A program made the position numbers and the translations under genes. The notes under the pieces are model-generated. The model made no database searches and had not been told where the DNA came from. It saw only the letters and a program-made list of their open reading frames with translations. From the NCBI GenBank assembly GCA_963739455.1, contig CAVUAK010000002.1, positions 352,001 through 416,000 of the forward strand: a DNA stretch of 64,000 nt, given 5' to 3'. The stretch comes from an uncultured Gemmatimonadales bacterium. GTDB taxonomy: Bacteria; Gemmatimonadota; Gemmatimonadetes; Gemmatimonadales; GWC2-71-9. Shown one piece after another: positions 37,433 through 48,612 of this stretch. Positions within the stretch are counted from its first letter, which is position 1; each line of letters opens with the position of its first letter.

Positions 37433-38691
37433 ATGGGCTCCACCGTCGGCGCCCGGCCGTGCCCTGCCAACAGCGTCGGCCTCATTAGCAGGTGCATTGC
37501 AACCATGAACACGGTCACTTTGGCCAGGAAGTTGATGTTCGTGAGGAATGACTCGTTGAAGACCGTCTGCAGGATGGCTGCTGTCAGGATGCCGTGTAGC
37601 ACCGTGGCGCCGATGCTGCCACCGATCGCGCTCCGATGCACCGCAGCACATACGAGCCCGATGACGCAAAGCAGCACCAGAGTTCCAGTCAGTCCAACCT
37701 CCGGATAATAGGCGAAGTAGGCAGTATAGACATTGGTAGTGATCCCGTCGCCGATGCTGGTGAACTGCGCATGTAGCGTAGGAATCTCGTACTCTCCCCC
37801 GAAACGGTTGGCGAGCTCCTTCAGCGTCCGCAGGAACGAGCCGGTACTGGGAATGGCCGCAGGATCGTCAACAGCGCGCTGAAAGGCGACGAGCCCGCCC
37901 AGCGCATAGTCCTGGAAATTCTCCGCGACGGCCACGGCGTTGTCGCGCGCCGTGGCATCGGGGTTGGCAGCGCCCTTGCGGACCAACACGCCCATCGCAC
38001 CGAAGGTCAAGGCTACCACAATGCCCCCCAGCAGTAGCGGACCAAACGGCAGCGTGCGCGCGCGGACCGATGCGACTGCCGCCAGACCCGCGACGAGTGC
38101 GATAGGTGCCGAGCGGCCGCCGGTGAGCACCGCGAGCACAAAGGCGAAGACCGTGAGGAGGAGCCTCCAGCTTCGCGCCGCTGCCGAGAATGCCGGAACC
38201 GCGAACGCGAAGAGGGCAGCCATGAGCGCCAGGGGAACGACATTGGCGACGACCCCAAGGCCTCCTTGCACAGCCGACTCCAACGTGCGCACTCGAAGGA
38301 CGTACAGGAATTCCAGTGGTGACGCCTGCACGAGCCGCACCAGCGCGATAATGTAGAGCGGGGTCAAGGCGATCACCGCTATCGTAAGCGCCGGCAGTAG
38401 CCACACAGGCACGGTGGAACGGCTGGCGTCGTCCCTACGGCCAGCAGGCGCGAACAGCGCCCAACCGAGCGCACCGCCAAGGCTAAAGCTGACAGCGCCT
38501 CCAAGATAGACAAGAAGGGTATTCTCGCCGATCTGCATATACCGAGTACCGGAGAGCGACAGCCAGATGAGCACAAAACCCCAGACTGCACAGAAGACGG
38601 CTGGCGGGTAGGTCACGTACGTGACGAGGCGCCGCTGCAGGACCGCCAGGGCACAGAGTAGGAGGCCGGCGGCCAGCGTCAGGCCGCCCAC
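37429..38691 (-). CDS. wzy: O-antigen polymerase Wzy
   Basis: Multiple TM segments, TGGRS, TNVYTAY motif; locus context. Confidence 0.75.
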   Translation of the reverse strand: MGGLTLAAGLLLCALAVLQRRLVTYVTYPPAVFCAVWGFVLIWLSLSGTRYMQIGENTLLVYLGGAVSFSLGGALGWALFAPAGRRDDASRSTVPVWLLPALTIAVIALTPLYIIALVRLVQASPLEFLYVLRVRTLESAVQGGLGVVANVVPLALMAALFAFAVPAFSAAARSWRLLLTVFAFVLAVLTGGRSAPIALVAGLAAVASVRARTLPFGPLLLGGIVVALTFGAMGVLVRKGAANPDATARDNAVAVAENFQDYALGGLVAFQRAVDDPAAIPSTGSFLRTLKELANRFGGEYEIPTLHAQFTSIGDGITTNVYTAYFAYYPEVGLTGTLVLLCVIGLVCAAVHRSAIGGSIGATVLHGILTAAILQTVFNESFLTNINFLAKVTVFMVAMHLLMRPTLLAGHGRAPTVEPI

Positions 38692-39701
38692 GAATCACCT
38701 CGTAATGCCGCGGCGAGTCGAGGCACTATCGCGCCCAGAGAGAAGTTCTGCTCGATCACTTGCCGTGCCCTGGTTCCGGTGGCCTTCCGCTTCTCCGGCG
38801 AGTCGACGAAGTCGAGCAGGTGCTCAAGCCACGATCCGGGATCCGTGGCGCCCCTGCCAACTGATCCGAGGGCGAGCACCTCGGCATTCATGCCCACCGG
38901 CGAAACGACGGCCGGAACGCCACATGCCATATACAGGAGCATCTTGTAGCTGCACTTCCCTCGTTCCCAGACGCCATCCTCCAGCGGCATGACGCCAATG
39001 TCGAACGACGCAATCGTCTCGGCTTCCACTGCTGCCGACCATGGCACATGCTGCACTTGCGACGGCGGCACACCGATCAGCGCGGGTCGCGCGTCACAGA
39101 GCACGCGGATAACCACCTGAGGCCTGAGTGTCACCAGTCGGGTAAGCGCCGGCGCGATCGACTCCAGTGCCACCAGCCCTGCCCGGCCTCCGGACCAGCC
39201 AATCACGACCCGGTCGGCATCATCCGGACGGAAGACCGGTACGAAGCGCGCGGTGTCGACGGCAGTCGGTACGATCACTACGGAGCGACAATATTGGCTG
39301 AAGTACTCTGCGAGAAAGGCATTTCCGGCGACCACCCGGTCGCACCGGGCCGCGATGGCACCGGCAAACCGCCCCCGGGGCAGCACCCACAGCGCATCAT
39401 CGACATCCAGGATGCGCGGACGGCCGGTAAATCGCTCAAGGGTCTCAATGGTGGAAAGCAGCTCCCGCTGCAGCAGCGTCACATCGAAGGCCCTAGACCG
39501 GATAACATCGGGTATGCGGGACAGCACCGCTCCTGCTCCCCATGCGGGGCGGAGCCAGCCAGCCCGAGGGGGATACGCACCCAAGGACGCCGGAGCGACC
39601 TCGACCCGAATCCCAATTTGACTGAGCGGTTCAACATATTGCACCACGCGAAACCTGGCGCTTGGGACGTGACGGCCTCCAGTCAGCGCGAACACTCTCA
39701 T
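38679..39701 (-). CDS. Glycosyltransferase family 4
   Basis: PSARFRV.QY, DVDDA, DIGVMPL, GKCSYKML.YMACG.P.V.SPVG.N. Confidence 0.9.
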   Translation of the reverse strand: MRVFALTGGRHVPSARFRVVQYVEPLSQIGIRVEVAPASLGAYPPRAGWLRPAWGAGAVLSRIPDVIRSRAFDVTLLQRELLSTIETLERFTGRPRILDVDDALWVLPRGRFAGAIAARCDRVVAGNAFLAEYFSQYCRSVVIVPTAVDTARFVPVFRPDDADRVVIGWSGGRAGLVALESIAPALTRLVTLRPQVVIRVLCDARPALIGVPPSQVQHVPWSAAVEAETIASFDIGVMPLEDGVWERGKCSYKMLLYMACGVPAVVSPVGMNAEVLALGSVGRGATDPGSWLEHLLDFVDSPEKRKATGTRARQVIEQNFSLGAIVPRLAAALRGDSWAA

Positions 39702-40528
39702 CAGTCTTGGCGCTTGATCATGAATATTGAACCGCCGGACTGGGTGAGTGCCGCAGCACGAAGCCATGGACGCCGACGGACCAGAGGAAGGAACAATCTT
39801 CGAAGCGGTCCGTTTGCCCAGGCGCTGTCGACGGGCACGAGATCCAGCAGCGAGTAGAACCTCGCGAACCCTGCATCGCGGCCCGCGGCACACAAATCAG
39901 CATAGGAGAACCAGTGAACCGCCGGCCGCGCGTTGAAATTCGCGAGAGCCGGGCGGAAGTGCAATTGATCGTGGACATAGCATTCCCGCACCAGCCTCGG
40001 GAACCAGTTGAGGAACGGCACGCTGAACTCGCCGTTGAACCCCCGCCACGAAAGCTTATGTCGATTGGTCGTGTATACATAGGCGACCCCGCCTGGCGCG
40101 AGCACACGAAACACCTCGGCCAAGCTCAGCGGTACTGAGTCCACATGCTCGAGCACACTCTCCATCAGGACCAATCGTTGTGAGCCTGAAGGGATCGGCA
40201 TTCGCTCCCCACTGCCCTGCACGACGCGGACGGCCGAGCCGCAGAAGGTGGTTGCCTGCTCGACATTCGCAGGCACCGGCTCGATTCCATGCACATCGAA
40301 CCCGCGCGCGGCGAGCGCCATGGCTGCCCGCGGACGTGGTCCGCATCCCAGCACCACCGCTGGGCCCGGTGCCGCGCCGAGGTCGATGAGGCGTTCCAGG
40401 CAGGAAATGACCATGGGGGTGTACAGTGCACCAGACTCGTGGTGCTGCGCGTGGAACTCTGCTCCGCGCAGTTCCAGGTCGGGAAAGAGCGCTGACATCG
40501 GTCGCGTGGCGTATGGATCACTGCTCAT
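39701..40528 (-). CDS. Class I SAM-dependent methyltransferase
   Basis: VLGCGP, SVLEHV, RVLAPGG. Confidence 0.85.
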   Translation of the reverse strand: MSSDPYATRPMSALFPDLELRGAEFHAQHHESGALYTPMVISCLERLIDLGAAPGPAVVLGCGPRPRAAMALAARGFDVHGIEPVPANVEQATTFCGSAVRVVQGSGERMPIPSGSQRLVLMESVLEHVDSVPLSLAEVFRVLAPGGVAYVYTTNRHKLSWRGFNGEFSVPFLNWFPRLVRECYVHDQLHFRPALANFNARPAVHWFSYADLCAAGRDAGFARFYSLLDLVPVDSAWANGPLRRLFLPLVRRRPWLRAAALTQSGGSIFMIKRQD

Positions 40529-41487
40529 GAGGTCGGTGAAACGGAGGACGAGGTTGTCGAGTGCGGAACGGTGGCCCGGCCGCGCTCGAGGCGGAATCGA
40601 TCGGCACGCCAGACGCACCAACTGGCCATTGCCGCCACACGAGAGAGCACCGGATACCTGCATCGCAAGTCGGGAGAGGGTACGGATTGTCCGGCATGAC
40701 GCCCGAAGCGCGCGGCGTTTGTCAGTGCAAAGATGCGAGTCACGATTCCTTGCGAATCCACCGCGAGTTCACCGTAGTACAAGAGGGCACCCAGCGCGCT
40801 CCCCGCCATGGTCCGCAACCATCGGCGCGTCAGGCCATCGGGCTGATACTCCTTGCGACCGAGCGTCTCGTTCACGAACCGCATGAGGTAGCTGCGGCCA
40901 ATCCGGTTCCATACGAGACTCTCCGGAACGAAGCGCTCCCCGGGAATCAGCGGGAAGGGGAAGCGACGGAGAATGTCGAGTCGGTGGAAGCCCCACTTAT
41001 CACCGACGCACCAGCGCCGCGCCCACATAACCTGCAGGGTGGAGTCCATCGGGCTCGCTGGGAACGGCTGGCCGATCAACTGCCCCGCCTCATCCGCACA
41101 GTGTACGGTAACGCCCGTGAACTGGTCGCGCCGCTCCGCCGGAATCTCCAGCCACAACTCAACCAGTCGCTGCAGCGCGTGCGACTCGCACCAGTCATCC
41201 GAATCAAGAACCGCGAGGAGGTCCCCCGATGCCGCAGCGACGCCGGCATTGTGCGCTGCCGGTTTCCCGAGATTCTCCTGGCGGACGTAGCGAATGGGAA
41301 AAGGCGCCACCCGTGCCCACTCCGCAACGGTCGCCCCGGTCCCGTCTGTCGAGCCATCGTCCACGACGATCCATTCGTGGGGCCGAACAGTCTGCGCGAC
41401 GAGCGCGGCATAGGTGCGCGGCAGGGTATGTGCCCGGTTGAACGTCGGCGTGAGTATGCTGAGGCGAGGTGGACCCTCGATGTTCAC
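40525..41487 (-). CDS. Glycosyltransferase family 2
   Basis: ILTPTFNRA, WIVVDDGSTD, ENLGK, LDSDD. Confidence 0.92.
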   Translation of the reverse strand: MNIEGPPRLSILTPTFNRAHTLPRTYAALVAQTVRPHEWIVVDDGSTDGTGATVAEWARVAPFPIRYVRQENLGKPAAHNAGVAAASGDLLAVLDSDDWCESHALQRLVELWLEIPAERRDQFTGVTVHCADEAGQLIGQPFPASPMDSTLQVMWARRWCVGDKWGFHRLDILRRFPFPLIPGERFVPESLVWNRIGRSYLMRFVNETLGRKEYQPDGLTRRWLRTMAGSALGALLYYGELAVDSQGIVTRIFALTNAARFGRHAGQSVPSPDLRCRYPVLSRVAAMASWCVWRADRFRLERGRATVPHSTTSSSVSPTS

Positions 41488-42995
41488 GTTGCCTCTTTCA
41501 GTGCCTGGAACCGGGCTAGGCTCCTGAACAGGAGCGCCGCTACCAGGGCAAGGCTGCCAACGATCCAGCTGGCCCGCGCTGGGAGAAGCAGTGATGAGGA
41601 AGCGATCGCAGCAAGCCCCAGCACGAACGTCAGCAGTACCTCGTCGCTGATGTTCGCCGTCCCGGGCGGCGCGTCCTCCGTCAGTGCCCTCACGGCGCGA
41701 GTGCGCGCGAATATCGCGTAGACCGCCTGGCTCAGGAACCATGCCCACCCGAGCGCGATCAGGGGAGTCATCGTGCGCAGGGCCAGAAATACGCCCACGA
41801 GCGTTGCGAGCGCGGACGCCGCGACCGCCGCGACCTCGCCGAAACGCCCACGCGCCTGGAGCAGCTCATAGGACAGGTTGGCGTGCGCATGCAGGGCCAC
41901 GCCGCCGAGCAGGAGGCAGAACAGCGGCAGCGCCTCGGAGCCCTCAATCGCCAGGATGGGAAGCAGCGGGCGGGCGACTACCGTACCCACGACTCCCGCC
42001 AGACCGAGCAACCCGGCGCTCGCTGCGAGCGCGATCGGCAGCAGCGCAGCAAGGCGTGCGCGGCCAGTGGGCGTGGCCTGCAGTCTAGCCAGCCGGGGGA
42101 AGAGCACCAACCCGAACGCATTGGAAACAAACCACAATTTGCTCGCGAGGTCGAAGCAGGCACGGTACAGGCCCAGCGCGGCCAGGCCCCCCATGTGGCC
42201 GATCAGCACACTGCCAATGGACACCATGGTGGTCTGCAGCCACTGCGCCAGCGATAGACTGGTTGATCGTGTCAGCATCCCGTCGAACCTGAATGACGGC
42301 CGCCAAGTCCTCCACGTCCCCGCCGGCAGCGCGCCGAGCAGCCGGACCGCTGCGGGAACCTCAACCAGCCTGCGGCTCACAAACGCCGCCGCCACGAGCG
42401 CCGCCGTCGGTGCGCTGGAGAGCATGATGGCGAGGAAGCCGGCCGCATACCGCAAGACGCCGGAGATGGACTGAAAACGGGCGTATTGGTTGAAGCGCTC
42501 CGCGCCGAGGGCATTGGTCGCGTGGAGCGATACGAGGATGCCCAGCAGGTAGTCGATGACTGCCAAGGTCGTGATGAGACCCAACTCAAATCGCAGTGAA
42601 GGCCGAACCGGAATGAGGAAGCGGGGTACGGCCCAAACCAGCACGGGAATCGCGCAGGTCACGCCAACGGCGATCATGACGTACGCGGAGAGTGCCCGCT
42701 GCAGGTTGGCGCGACGGTCGGCGTCGTTCGCAGACGACGCGAGCTCGCGCAGGAGGTTCTTGCCCAAGCCCAACTCCACGAGCGCCAGATAACCCACGAG
42801 CAGCCAGTAGACACTCAACAGGCCATAGCCCTCCTCGCCCAGCCGCCTGAGGGCAAAGGGCACGAACGCGATCCCGAGTCCACCACTGATCACGAGGGCC
42901 GCAGAGACACGCACTGCATCGCGCAACACGATGTGGAGCCCACCCACCTCCAACACCTTGGAGATCCACTCGAACGGACGGGAGAGTCGGGTCAC
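41484..42995 (-). CDS. wzx: Polysaccharide flippase Wzx
   Basis: ~500 aa multi-TM; LGEEGYGLL, ELGLG, GLYRA, LFPRLA. Confidence 0.8.
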   Translation of the reverse strand: MTRLSRPFEWISKVLEVGGLHIVLRDAVRVSAALVISGGLGIAFVPFALRRLGEEGYGLLSVYWLLVGYLALVELGLGKNLLRELASSANDADRRANLQRALSAYVMIAVGVTCAIPVLVWAVPRFLIPVRPSLRFELGLITTLAVIDYLLGILVSLHATNALGAERFNQYARFQSISGVLRYAAGFLAIMLSSAPTAALVAAAFVSRRLVEVPAAVRLLGALPAGTWRTWRPSFRFDGMLTRSTSLSLAQWLQTTMVSIGSVLIGHMGGLAALGLYRACFDLASKLWFVSNAFGLVLFPRLARLQATPTGRARLAALLPIALAASAGLLGLAGVVGTVVARPLLPILAIEGSEALPLFCLLLGGVALHAHANLSYELLQARGRFGEVAAVAASALATLVGVFLALRTMTPLIALGWAWFLSQAVYAIFARTRAVRALTEDAPPGTANISDEVLLTFVLGLAAIASSSLLLPARASWIVGSLALVAALLFRSLARFQALKEAT

Positions 42996-43891
42996 GTGGT
43001 AAGCGCGATCCGCAGTTGGTCATGCCAGGCCGGCGACCGGATGCCGAACCGCGTGGCCGCGAGGGCATTGTCCAGCACAGAGTAGGCTGGGCGAGGCGCC
43101 AGAGCACCGTAGTCTGCCGTACTGACCGGCTCAAGCCGACGAACGATCTGCGCCTCGCGCGCGGGGTCGAGCGCGATCACCGCTTCAGCCAGCGCGTGCC
43201 ATGTCGTGACCCCACCGCCGGACAGGTGCAGCAAGCCACCATGCGCCCCGAATCCGGCCTGCAGCCCACCCTCGTGGCCACGCAGCTGCTGGATTATCAC
43301 GGCCACCGACTCCGCGAGCCAGCGTGCCCACGTCGGTGCTCCATGCTGGTCATCAACCACACGGATCAGATCGCGCTCATGGGCAAGTCGAAGCATTGTG
43401 CGAACAAAATTGTGGCCGTGCATCCCGTACACCCAGCTGGTCCGGATGATCAGGTGTGATGCACCGCTCGCCGCGAGCGCGCCTTCGCCCGCGAGCTTTG
43501 TGCGACCGTACACGTTTATCGGGGCCGCGAGCTCGTCCTCACGTCGGGGTCGCCGGACAGTTCCATCGAAGACGTAGTCGGAGGAGAAGTGAACCACCAC
43601 GGCGCCCATCTCCCGCGCCGCGCGGCCGATCGTCCCGGGCGCCTTACCGTTGATCAACATGGCGAGGTCCGGCTCTTCTTCGGCACGATCGACCGCAGTA
43701 TACGCCGCGGCATTGATGACGACCGCCGGCCGCCACTGCTTCAGTGCCGAAGCGATCGCCACCTCAGAGGTCAGGTCCAGTTGCTGCCGCGTCAGAGGCA
43801 CCACCGCATTCGACGGGGCCAGCGCGCGCGCCAGCTCGCGTCCCACCTGGCCGTGGGCACCGAATAGCAAGATACGCATCGGTCCCGTCAT
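42992..43891 (-). CDS. rfbD: dTDP-4-dehydrorhamnose reductase
   Basis: GAHGQVG, NAAAYTAVDRAE, SDYVFDG, YGRTKLAGE, RPAYSVLD. Confidence 0.96.
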   Translation of the reverse strand: MTGPMRILLFGAHGQVGRELARALAPSNAVVPLTRQQLDLTSEVAIASALKQWRPAVVINAAAYTAVDRAEEEPDLAMLINGKAPGTIGRAAREMGAVVVHFSSDYVFDGTVRRPRREDELAAPINVYGRTKLAGEGALAASGASHLIIRTSWVYGMHGHNFVRTMLRLAHERDLIRVVDDQHGAPTWARWLAESVAVIIQQLRGHEGGLQAGFGAHGGLLHLSGGGVTTWHALAEAVIALDPAREAQIVRRLEPVSTADYGALAPRPAYSVLDNALAATRFGIRSPAWHDQLRIALTT

Positions 43892-44448
43892 GCGACCCGG
43901 TACTGAGGTAACCGTTCCGGTGGCAGAGTCGAGAGGAGTGAGCCGCTGGCATCCCTTGCCGAAAGGACCGGCTCCCGCATCGGCCACGCGATGCTGAAGG
44001 CCGGATCGTCCCAGCGCAGGACGACTTCGTCGTCCCTGACATATGGAGCGCTAACCTTGTAATGGAACAGGGCGCTTTCGCTAACAACCTGGTACCCGTG
44101 CGCAAAACCCGGCGGCACCCACAACTGACGGTGATTCGCCGCGTCGAGCGTGACGCCAACCCACGCCCCAAAGGTGGGCGATCCCCGCCGAATATCGACG
44201 GCGACGTCGAACACTTCGCCTGACAGGACCGAGATGAGCTTGCCCTGGGCGCTCGGCCATTGGTAATGCAGGCCACGCAGGACGCCGCGGCTTGATGAGG
44301 AGAGATTGTCCTGTACGAACCTGCCCGGAATATCGTGGGCACTGTAGCGCACGCCCTGCCATAGCTCCAGAAAGAAGCCGCGATCGTCGCCGTGTACCAC
44401 GGGCTCCAGCAACAGCACATCCGCGATGGCTGTCGGAAGCACCCTCAT
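43888..44448 (-). CDS. rfbC: dTDP-4-dehydrorhamnose 3,5-epimerase
   Basis: [40 protein letters not shown]. Confidence 0.96.
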   Translation of the reverse strand: MRVLPTAIADVLLLEPVVHGDDRGFFLELWQGVRYSAHDIPGRFVQDNLSSSSRGVLRGLHYQWPSAQGKLISVLSGEVFDVAVDIRRGSPTFGAWVGVTLDAANHRQLWVPPGFAHGYQVVSESALFHYKVSAPYVRDDEVVLRWDDPAFSIAWPMREPVLSARDASGSLLSTLPPERLPQYRVA

Positions 44449-45320
44449 GACGGCCCGTGCGGCAGCAGTTTCGCCAGGTAGGCTCCATAAGTGCTGCCGC
44501 GCAACTCATCGGCGCGACGGACCAGCAGGGCATCGTCGAGCCAGCCGCTTCGCCACGCAATCTCCTCTGGAACGCCGACCTTCAGCCCCTGCCGCTTCTC
44601 CAGCGTCTGAATAAAGCTCGCCGCCTCCAGCAGAGACTCGCAGGTTCCGGTGTCGAGCCAGGCGAAGCCGCGCCCCAATATTTCCATGCGCAGCTGGCCA
44701 CGGCGCAAGTATTCGAGGTTCACGTCCGTTATCTCGTATTCGCCCCGCTTGGATGGCCGGAGTGCCGCCGCAATGTCGGCAACCTGCGCATCGTAGAAGT
44801 AGAGGCCGGTTACGGCATAGCTGGACCTGGGGCGCGCCGGCTTTTCCTCGATGCTCAAGACCTCCCCAGTGTCGGTGACTTCAGCCACCCCGTAGCGTTC
44901 AGGATCGCTCACGTGATAGCCGAAAATTGTTGCCCCCGTCGGTCTCGAGGCCGCTTGCCGGAGATGTTCCACGAGGCCATGCCCGTAGAAGATGTTGTCA
45001 CCCAGTACGAGCGCACACGGATCGGCCGCGAGGAACTCCCGGCCGATGACGAACGCTTGTGCCAGTCCCTGTGGTGCCGGCTGTACCGCGTAGGTGAGGG
45101 CAATTCCCCACTGGCTGCCGTCTCCGAGCAACGCACGGAACTGGGCGTGCTCGTGCGGGGTCGTGATCACCAGGATGTCACGGATGCCTGCGAGCATCAG
45201 CGTGGTCAGCGGGTAATAGATCATCGGCTTGTCGTAGACCGGCAGCAGCTGCTTGCTGACCGCCCTCGTCATCGGCCAGAGCCGGCTGCCGGTGCCGCCG
45301 GCGAGAATGATGCCCTTCAC
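44445..45320 (-). CDS. rfbA: Glucose-1-phosphate thymidylyltransferase
   Basis: [44 protein letters not shown]. Confidence 0.97.
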   Translation of the reverse strand: MKGIILAGGTGSRLWPMTRAVSKQLLPVYDKPMIYYPLTTLMLAGIRDILVITTPHEHAQFRALLGDGSQWGIALTYAVQPAPQGLAQAFVIGREFLAADPCALVLGDNIFYGHGLVEHLRQAASRPTGATIFGYHVSDPERYGVAEVTDTGEVLSIEEKPARPRSSYAVTGLYFYDAQVADIAAALRPSKRGEYEITDVNLEYLRRGQLRMEILGRGFAWLDTGTCESLLEAASFIQTLEKRQGLKVGVPEEIAWRSGWLDDALLVRRADELRGSTYGAYLAKLLPHGPS

Positions 45321-46393
45321 GATGCGCTGCCGGCGCCGAGGCGCTCGCCCCGATACGCACCGCTGAGGACACGCGCGGACCATTCCGGATGGTCGAGGTA
45401 CCAGTTGATGGTCCGCCGAAGCCCCGTCTCGAAATCCACTTCGGGGATCCATCCCAGCTCGCGACGGCATTTTGTGGCATCGATGGCGTAACGCCAGTCA
45501 TGGCCCGGCCGGTCCGCGACGAAGCTCACGAGCCTTGACCGCGGCCCGGCGGGATCGGGCCGGAGCTCGTCGAGGATCGAGCAGATCGTCAGCACCACGT
45601 CAATGTTACGACGCTCGTTGTCGCCCCCGATCGCATAGGTGTCTCCCGGCGTCCCGTGCAGGAGCGCGAGCCGCAACGCCCGGACATGATCCTCCACGTA
45701 GAGCCAGTCCCGCACATTGTCGCCCTTGCCGTACACCGGCAGGGGTGCGCCGGCCAGCGCCTTCTGGATGATGAGCGGAATGAGCTTCTCCGGAAACTGA
45801 TACGGACCGTAGTTGTTCGAGCAGTTGGTGACGACTACGGGGAGGCCGTAAGTGCGAAACCAGGCGCGCGCGAGATGATCGGATGCTGCCTTGCTCGCCG
45901 AGTAGGGTGAGCTCGGATCGTACGGTGTTGTCTCAGTGAAGCGTCCGTCCGGACCGAGCGCGCCGAACACCTCGTCTGTGGAGACGTGAACGAAACGGAA
46001 TGCGCCCGCGCGCGAAGCCGGGAGCGCCCGCCAGTAGTGCAGCGCTTCCTGAAGGAGCGCATAGGTGCCAACGACGTTGGTGTGGATGAATGCGCCTGGG
46101 CCGTCGATCGAACGGTCCACGTGGGATTCCGCGGCGAGGTGCAGTATGGCGTTAGGCTGATGCGCCTGGAGCAATGCGCGCATCACCGCAGTGTCGCCCA
46201 CGTCGGCCCGGGAGAAATGATGCCGGGGACTGCGCTGCGCCCCCGCAAGTGATTCGAGGTTGCCGGCGTACGTGAGCTTGTCGACGTTGACGACGATGCT
46301 ATCCGTCTCACTCAGGAGTTGCCGCACCACCGCAGAACCAATGAATCCCGCACCGCCGGTCACCAGGAGGGTGCCAATCGGCGGCTGGCTCAT
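45317..46393 (-). CDS. rfbB: dTDP-glucose 4,6-dehydratase
   Basis: [57 protein letters not shown]. Confidence 0.97.
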   Translation of the reverse strand: MSQPPIGTLLVTGGAGFIGSAVVRQLLSETDSIVVNVDKLTYAGNLESLAGAQRSPRHHFSRADVGDTAVMRALLQAHQPNAILHLAAESHVDRSIDGPGAFIHTNVVGTYALLQEALHYWRALPASRAGAFRFVHVSTDEVFGALGPDGRFTETTPYDPSSPYSASKAASDHLARAWFRTYGLPVVVTNCSNNYGPYQFPEKLIPLIIQKALAGAPLPVYGKGDNVRDWLYVEDHVRALRLALLHGTPGDTYAIGGDNERRNIDVVLTICSILDELRPDPAGPRSRLVSFVADRPGHDWRYAIDATKCRRELGWIPEVDFETGLRRTINWYLDHPEWSARVLSGAYRGERLGAGSAS

Positions 46394-48366
46394 GCGGCGG
46401 CAGGTGCTCGCGCCGACGACGGGTTCGTCAATGCAGACTCCGATTCAAGCCACGCCTCGAACATGAGCACGTCCCACAACCGGTACTGCCAGTTGCGTTC
46501 GCCCGACAGGTGCTCGACAAGCGTGTCGGCAATGATGTCGGGCTGGAGTATCCCTTCGCGCCGGATGCGATCAGGGGCAAGGAGATCCGTGGCCCACTCG
46601 CGCAGCGGCCCACGGAGCCAGCTGTCGATCGGCACGCCAAATCCCATCTTTGGCCGCTCGACAAGCGCGCGAGGCACGAGCTCATACAGGACCTGGCGAA
46701 GCACCCACTTCCCCTCCCTGCCACGGCATTTGACGCTCATCGGCAGGCGCCAGGCAAACTCGGCAAGCCGGTGATCCAGGAAAGGAGCTCGCGTCTCGAG
46801 GCTCGCTGCCATCGAGGCCCGATCGACCTTCACCATGATGTCATCCGGCAGGTACGTCATCGCGTCGGTGTACATCATCTGTTCCACCATGGATGCGCCG
46901 GGCAATGCATGACCGTTGATTCGACCCGGAGGCTCGGCACCGCCCAGCACCACGCGCGAGGGATCGGGCCAATGCGACACCAGCTCGCGATACATAGCTT
47001 GTGGTGACGACGCGTCAAACACCCCCGCAAGCTTGTGCATCCGGTCGCCGACATGCGCCACGCGGAGACGGTTCGGCAGGAGCCGCTGGGCGACGCCCAG
47101 CACCGCCTGCCACTGCGATGGGGCTACGCGCCACACGGCCTTGGCCGCGGCCCGGCGCAGGGGGCGAGGCCAGGGCGCAAGGTTCGACCAGATGCGCTGT
47201 CCAAGCGCATACCGGTTGTAGCCGCCGAGCAGTTCATCGCCGCCATCGCCGGAGAGAGCCACCGTCACGTGTCGTCGCGCAAGCTGCGCGACGAGCAAGG
47301 TTGGTATCTGTGACGAATCGCCGAAGGGCTCGTCGTATATCGTCGGCAGCAGTGGAATCACCGCGCGCGCCTCAGCCGGCGTGACACGATGCTCCGTGTG
47401 CTCGGTCCCCAGGTGCGCGGCGACTGCCCGGGCGTGCGCTGCCTCGTTGTAGCCCTCTTCGTCGAACCCGATCGTGAACGTCCGGATAGGCCGTGCCGAG
47501 CCCGACTGCATGAAAGCCACTACGGCCGAAGAGTCGATCCCTCCGGACAGGAGCGCGCCGAGCGGCACGTCGGCCACCATCTGGGCCGTAACCGACTCCT
47601 GAAGCCGCTCACGGAAGGCCGCAACCAGCTCATCATCGGACCCTTCAATTGGCGCCGCCATGCCGCGCTCCGCGACCTCCTCGAGCGACCAGTAGGCGAC
47701 GACGTGAGAGGAGCCGTCAGCGCGCACCGTGGCGACGTGCGCCGGCAGGAGCTTGAGGACGCCCTTGAAGATGGAATGCGGCGCGGGGATGTAGTTGAAC
47801 CGCAGGAAGAGCGCGACAGCATTGCGATCGACTTCAGCGCGGAACGCCGGGTGCGCACGAAGCGCCTTTAGCTCGGAACCGAACACGAACGTGCGACCCA
47901 TCCAGCCGTAGTACAGAGGCTTCTCGCCGAACCGGTCACGCGCCAGATGCATCTCGCGTCGCTCGCGATCCCACAACACGATCGCGAACATGCCCGCGAC
48001 GCGCTGCAGGGCGGCCATCACGCCCCACCGTGCCACCGCCTCGAGTAGGACCTCGGTGTCCGAGCGACCGCGGAAGAGGACCCCCGTGGCCTCAAGCTCG
48101 CGGCGCACCTCAGTGAAATTGTAGATCTCGCCATTGTAGGCCAATACCCAGCGCCCGTCACGCGACACCATCGGCTGGTGTCCTTCAGCGCTAAGGTCGA
48201 GAATTGAGAGCCGACGGTGACCGATCGCGACACCAGTCTGGGGGTCAGTCCAGATGCCCGCGTCGTCGGGGCCCCGGTGCCGGAGGCAGTCCGACATACG
48301 GACGACCCATGATTCCGCCTCCCTAGGCAGACCGTCTGCGCACCAAAACCCAGCGATGCCGCACAT
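46390..48366 (-). CDS. asnB: Asparagine synthase (glutamine-hydrolysing)-like amidotransferase
   Basis: [45 protein letters not shown]. Confidence 0.95.
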   Translation of the reverse strand: MCGIAGFWCADGLPREAESWVVRMSDCLRHRGPDDAGIWTDPQTGVAIGHRRLSILDLSAEGHQPMVSRDGRWVLAYNGEIYNFTEVRRELEATGVLFRGRSDTEVLLEAVARWGVMAALQRVAGMFAIVLWDRERREMHLARDRFGEKPLYYGWMGRTFVFGSELKALRAHPAFRAEVDRNAVALFLRFNYIPAPHSIFKGVLKLLPAHVATVRADGSSHVVAYWSLEEVAERGMAAPIEGSDDELVAAFRERLQESVTAQMVADVPLGALLSGGIDSSAVVAFMQSGSARPIRTFTIGFDEEGYNEAAHARAVAAHLGTEHTEHRVTPAEARAVIPLLPTIYDEPFGDSSQIPTLLVAQLARRHVTVALSGDGGDELLGGYNRYALGQRIWSNLAPWPRPLRRAAAKAVWRVAPSQWQAVLGVAQRLLPNRLRVAHVGDRMHKLAGVFDASSPQAMYRELVSHWPDPSRVVLGGAEPPGRINGHALPGASMVEQMMYTDAMTYLPDDIMVKVDRASMAASLETRAPFLDHRLAEFAWRLPMSVKCRGREGKWVLRQVLYELVPRALVERPKMGFGVPIDSWLRGPLREWATDLLAPDRIRREGILQPDIIADTLVEHLSGERNWQYRLWDVLMFEAWLESESALTNPSSARAPAAA

Positions 48367-48490
48367 GCGCTAAGTGGTTCTCCCCGCAGGCAGTAGGCTG
48401 AAAGTCGCGCGTCGCGAAGGGGGAAATTAAGGGGCGCCGGGTACCGAATTGAAGTGCGCCGCTGCAAGATGATGAGCGGGGCGGTCGCAC

Positions 48491-48519
48491 TTGCCAAGGG
48501 AAGCGTGACCTCCTAGGTT
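48491..48519 (+). promoter_or_regulatory. sigma70 promoter TTGCCA-17-TAGGTT
   Basis: Hexamers at 48491-48496 and 48514-48519, upstream of the ICL-like gene. Confidence 0.6.
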
Positions 48520-48536
48520 TGTGAAACTTTTCACAA
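48519..48536. promoter_or_regulatory. Palindromic operator TTGTGAA-N4-TTCACAA (Rex box consensus; also fits CRP-family TGTGA-N6-TCACA)
   Basis: TTGTGAAACTTTTCACAA read directly; overlaps the predicted transcription start. Confidence 0.8.
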
Positions 48537-48612
48537 TCTCCTTCTCGCGCCTTTTACGTGCGTGGGACGGCGTGGCTTACATTTGTTCATCCTCAGCACC
48601 CTGGAGTTTCCG

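Noticed and set aside
48389..48400. ops/JUMPstart-like GGCAGTAGGCTG upstream of the glycan operon
   Set aside because: One mismatch to GGCGGTAGnnTG and on the wrong strand for the minus-strand operon
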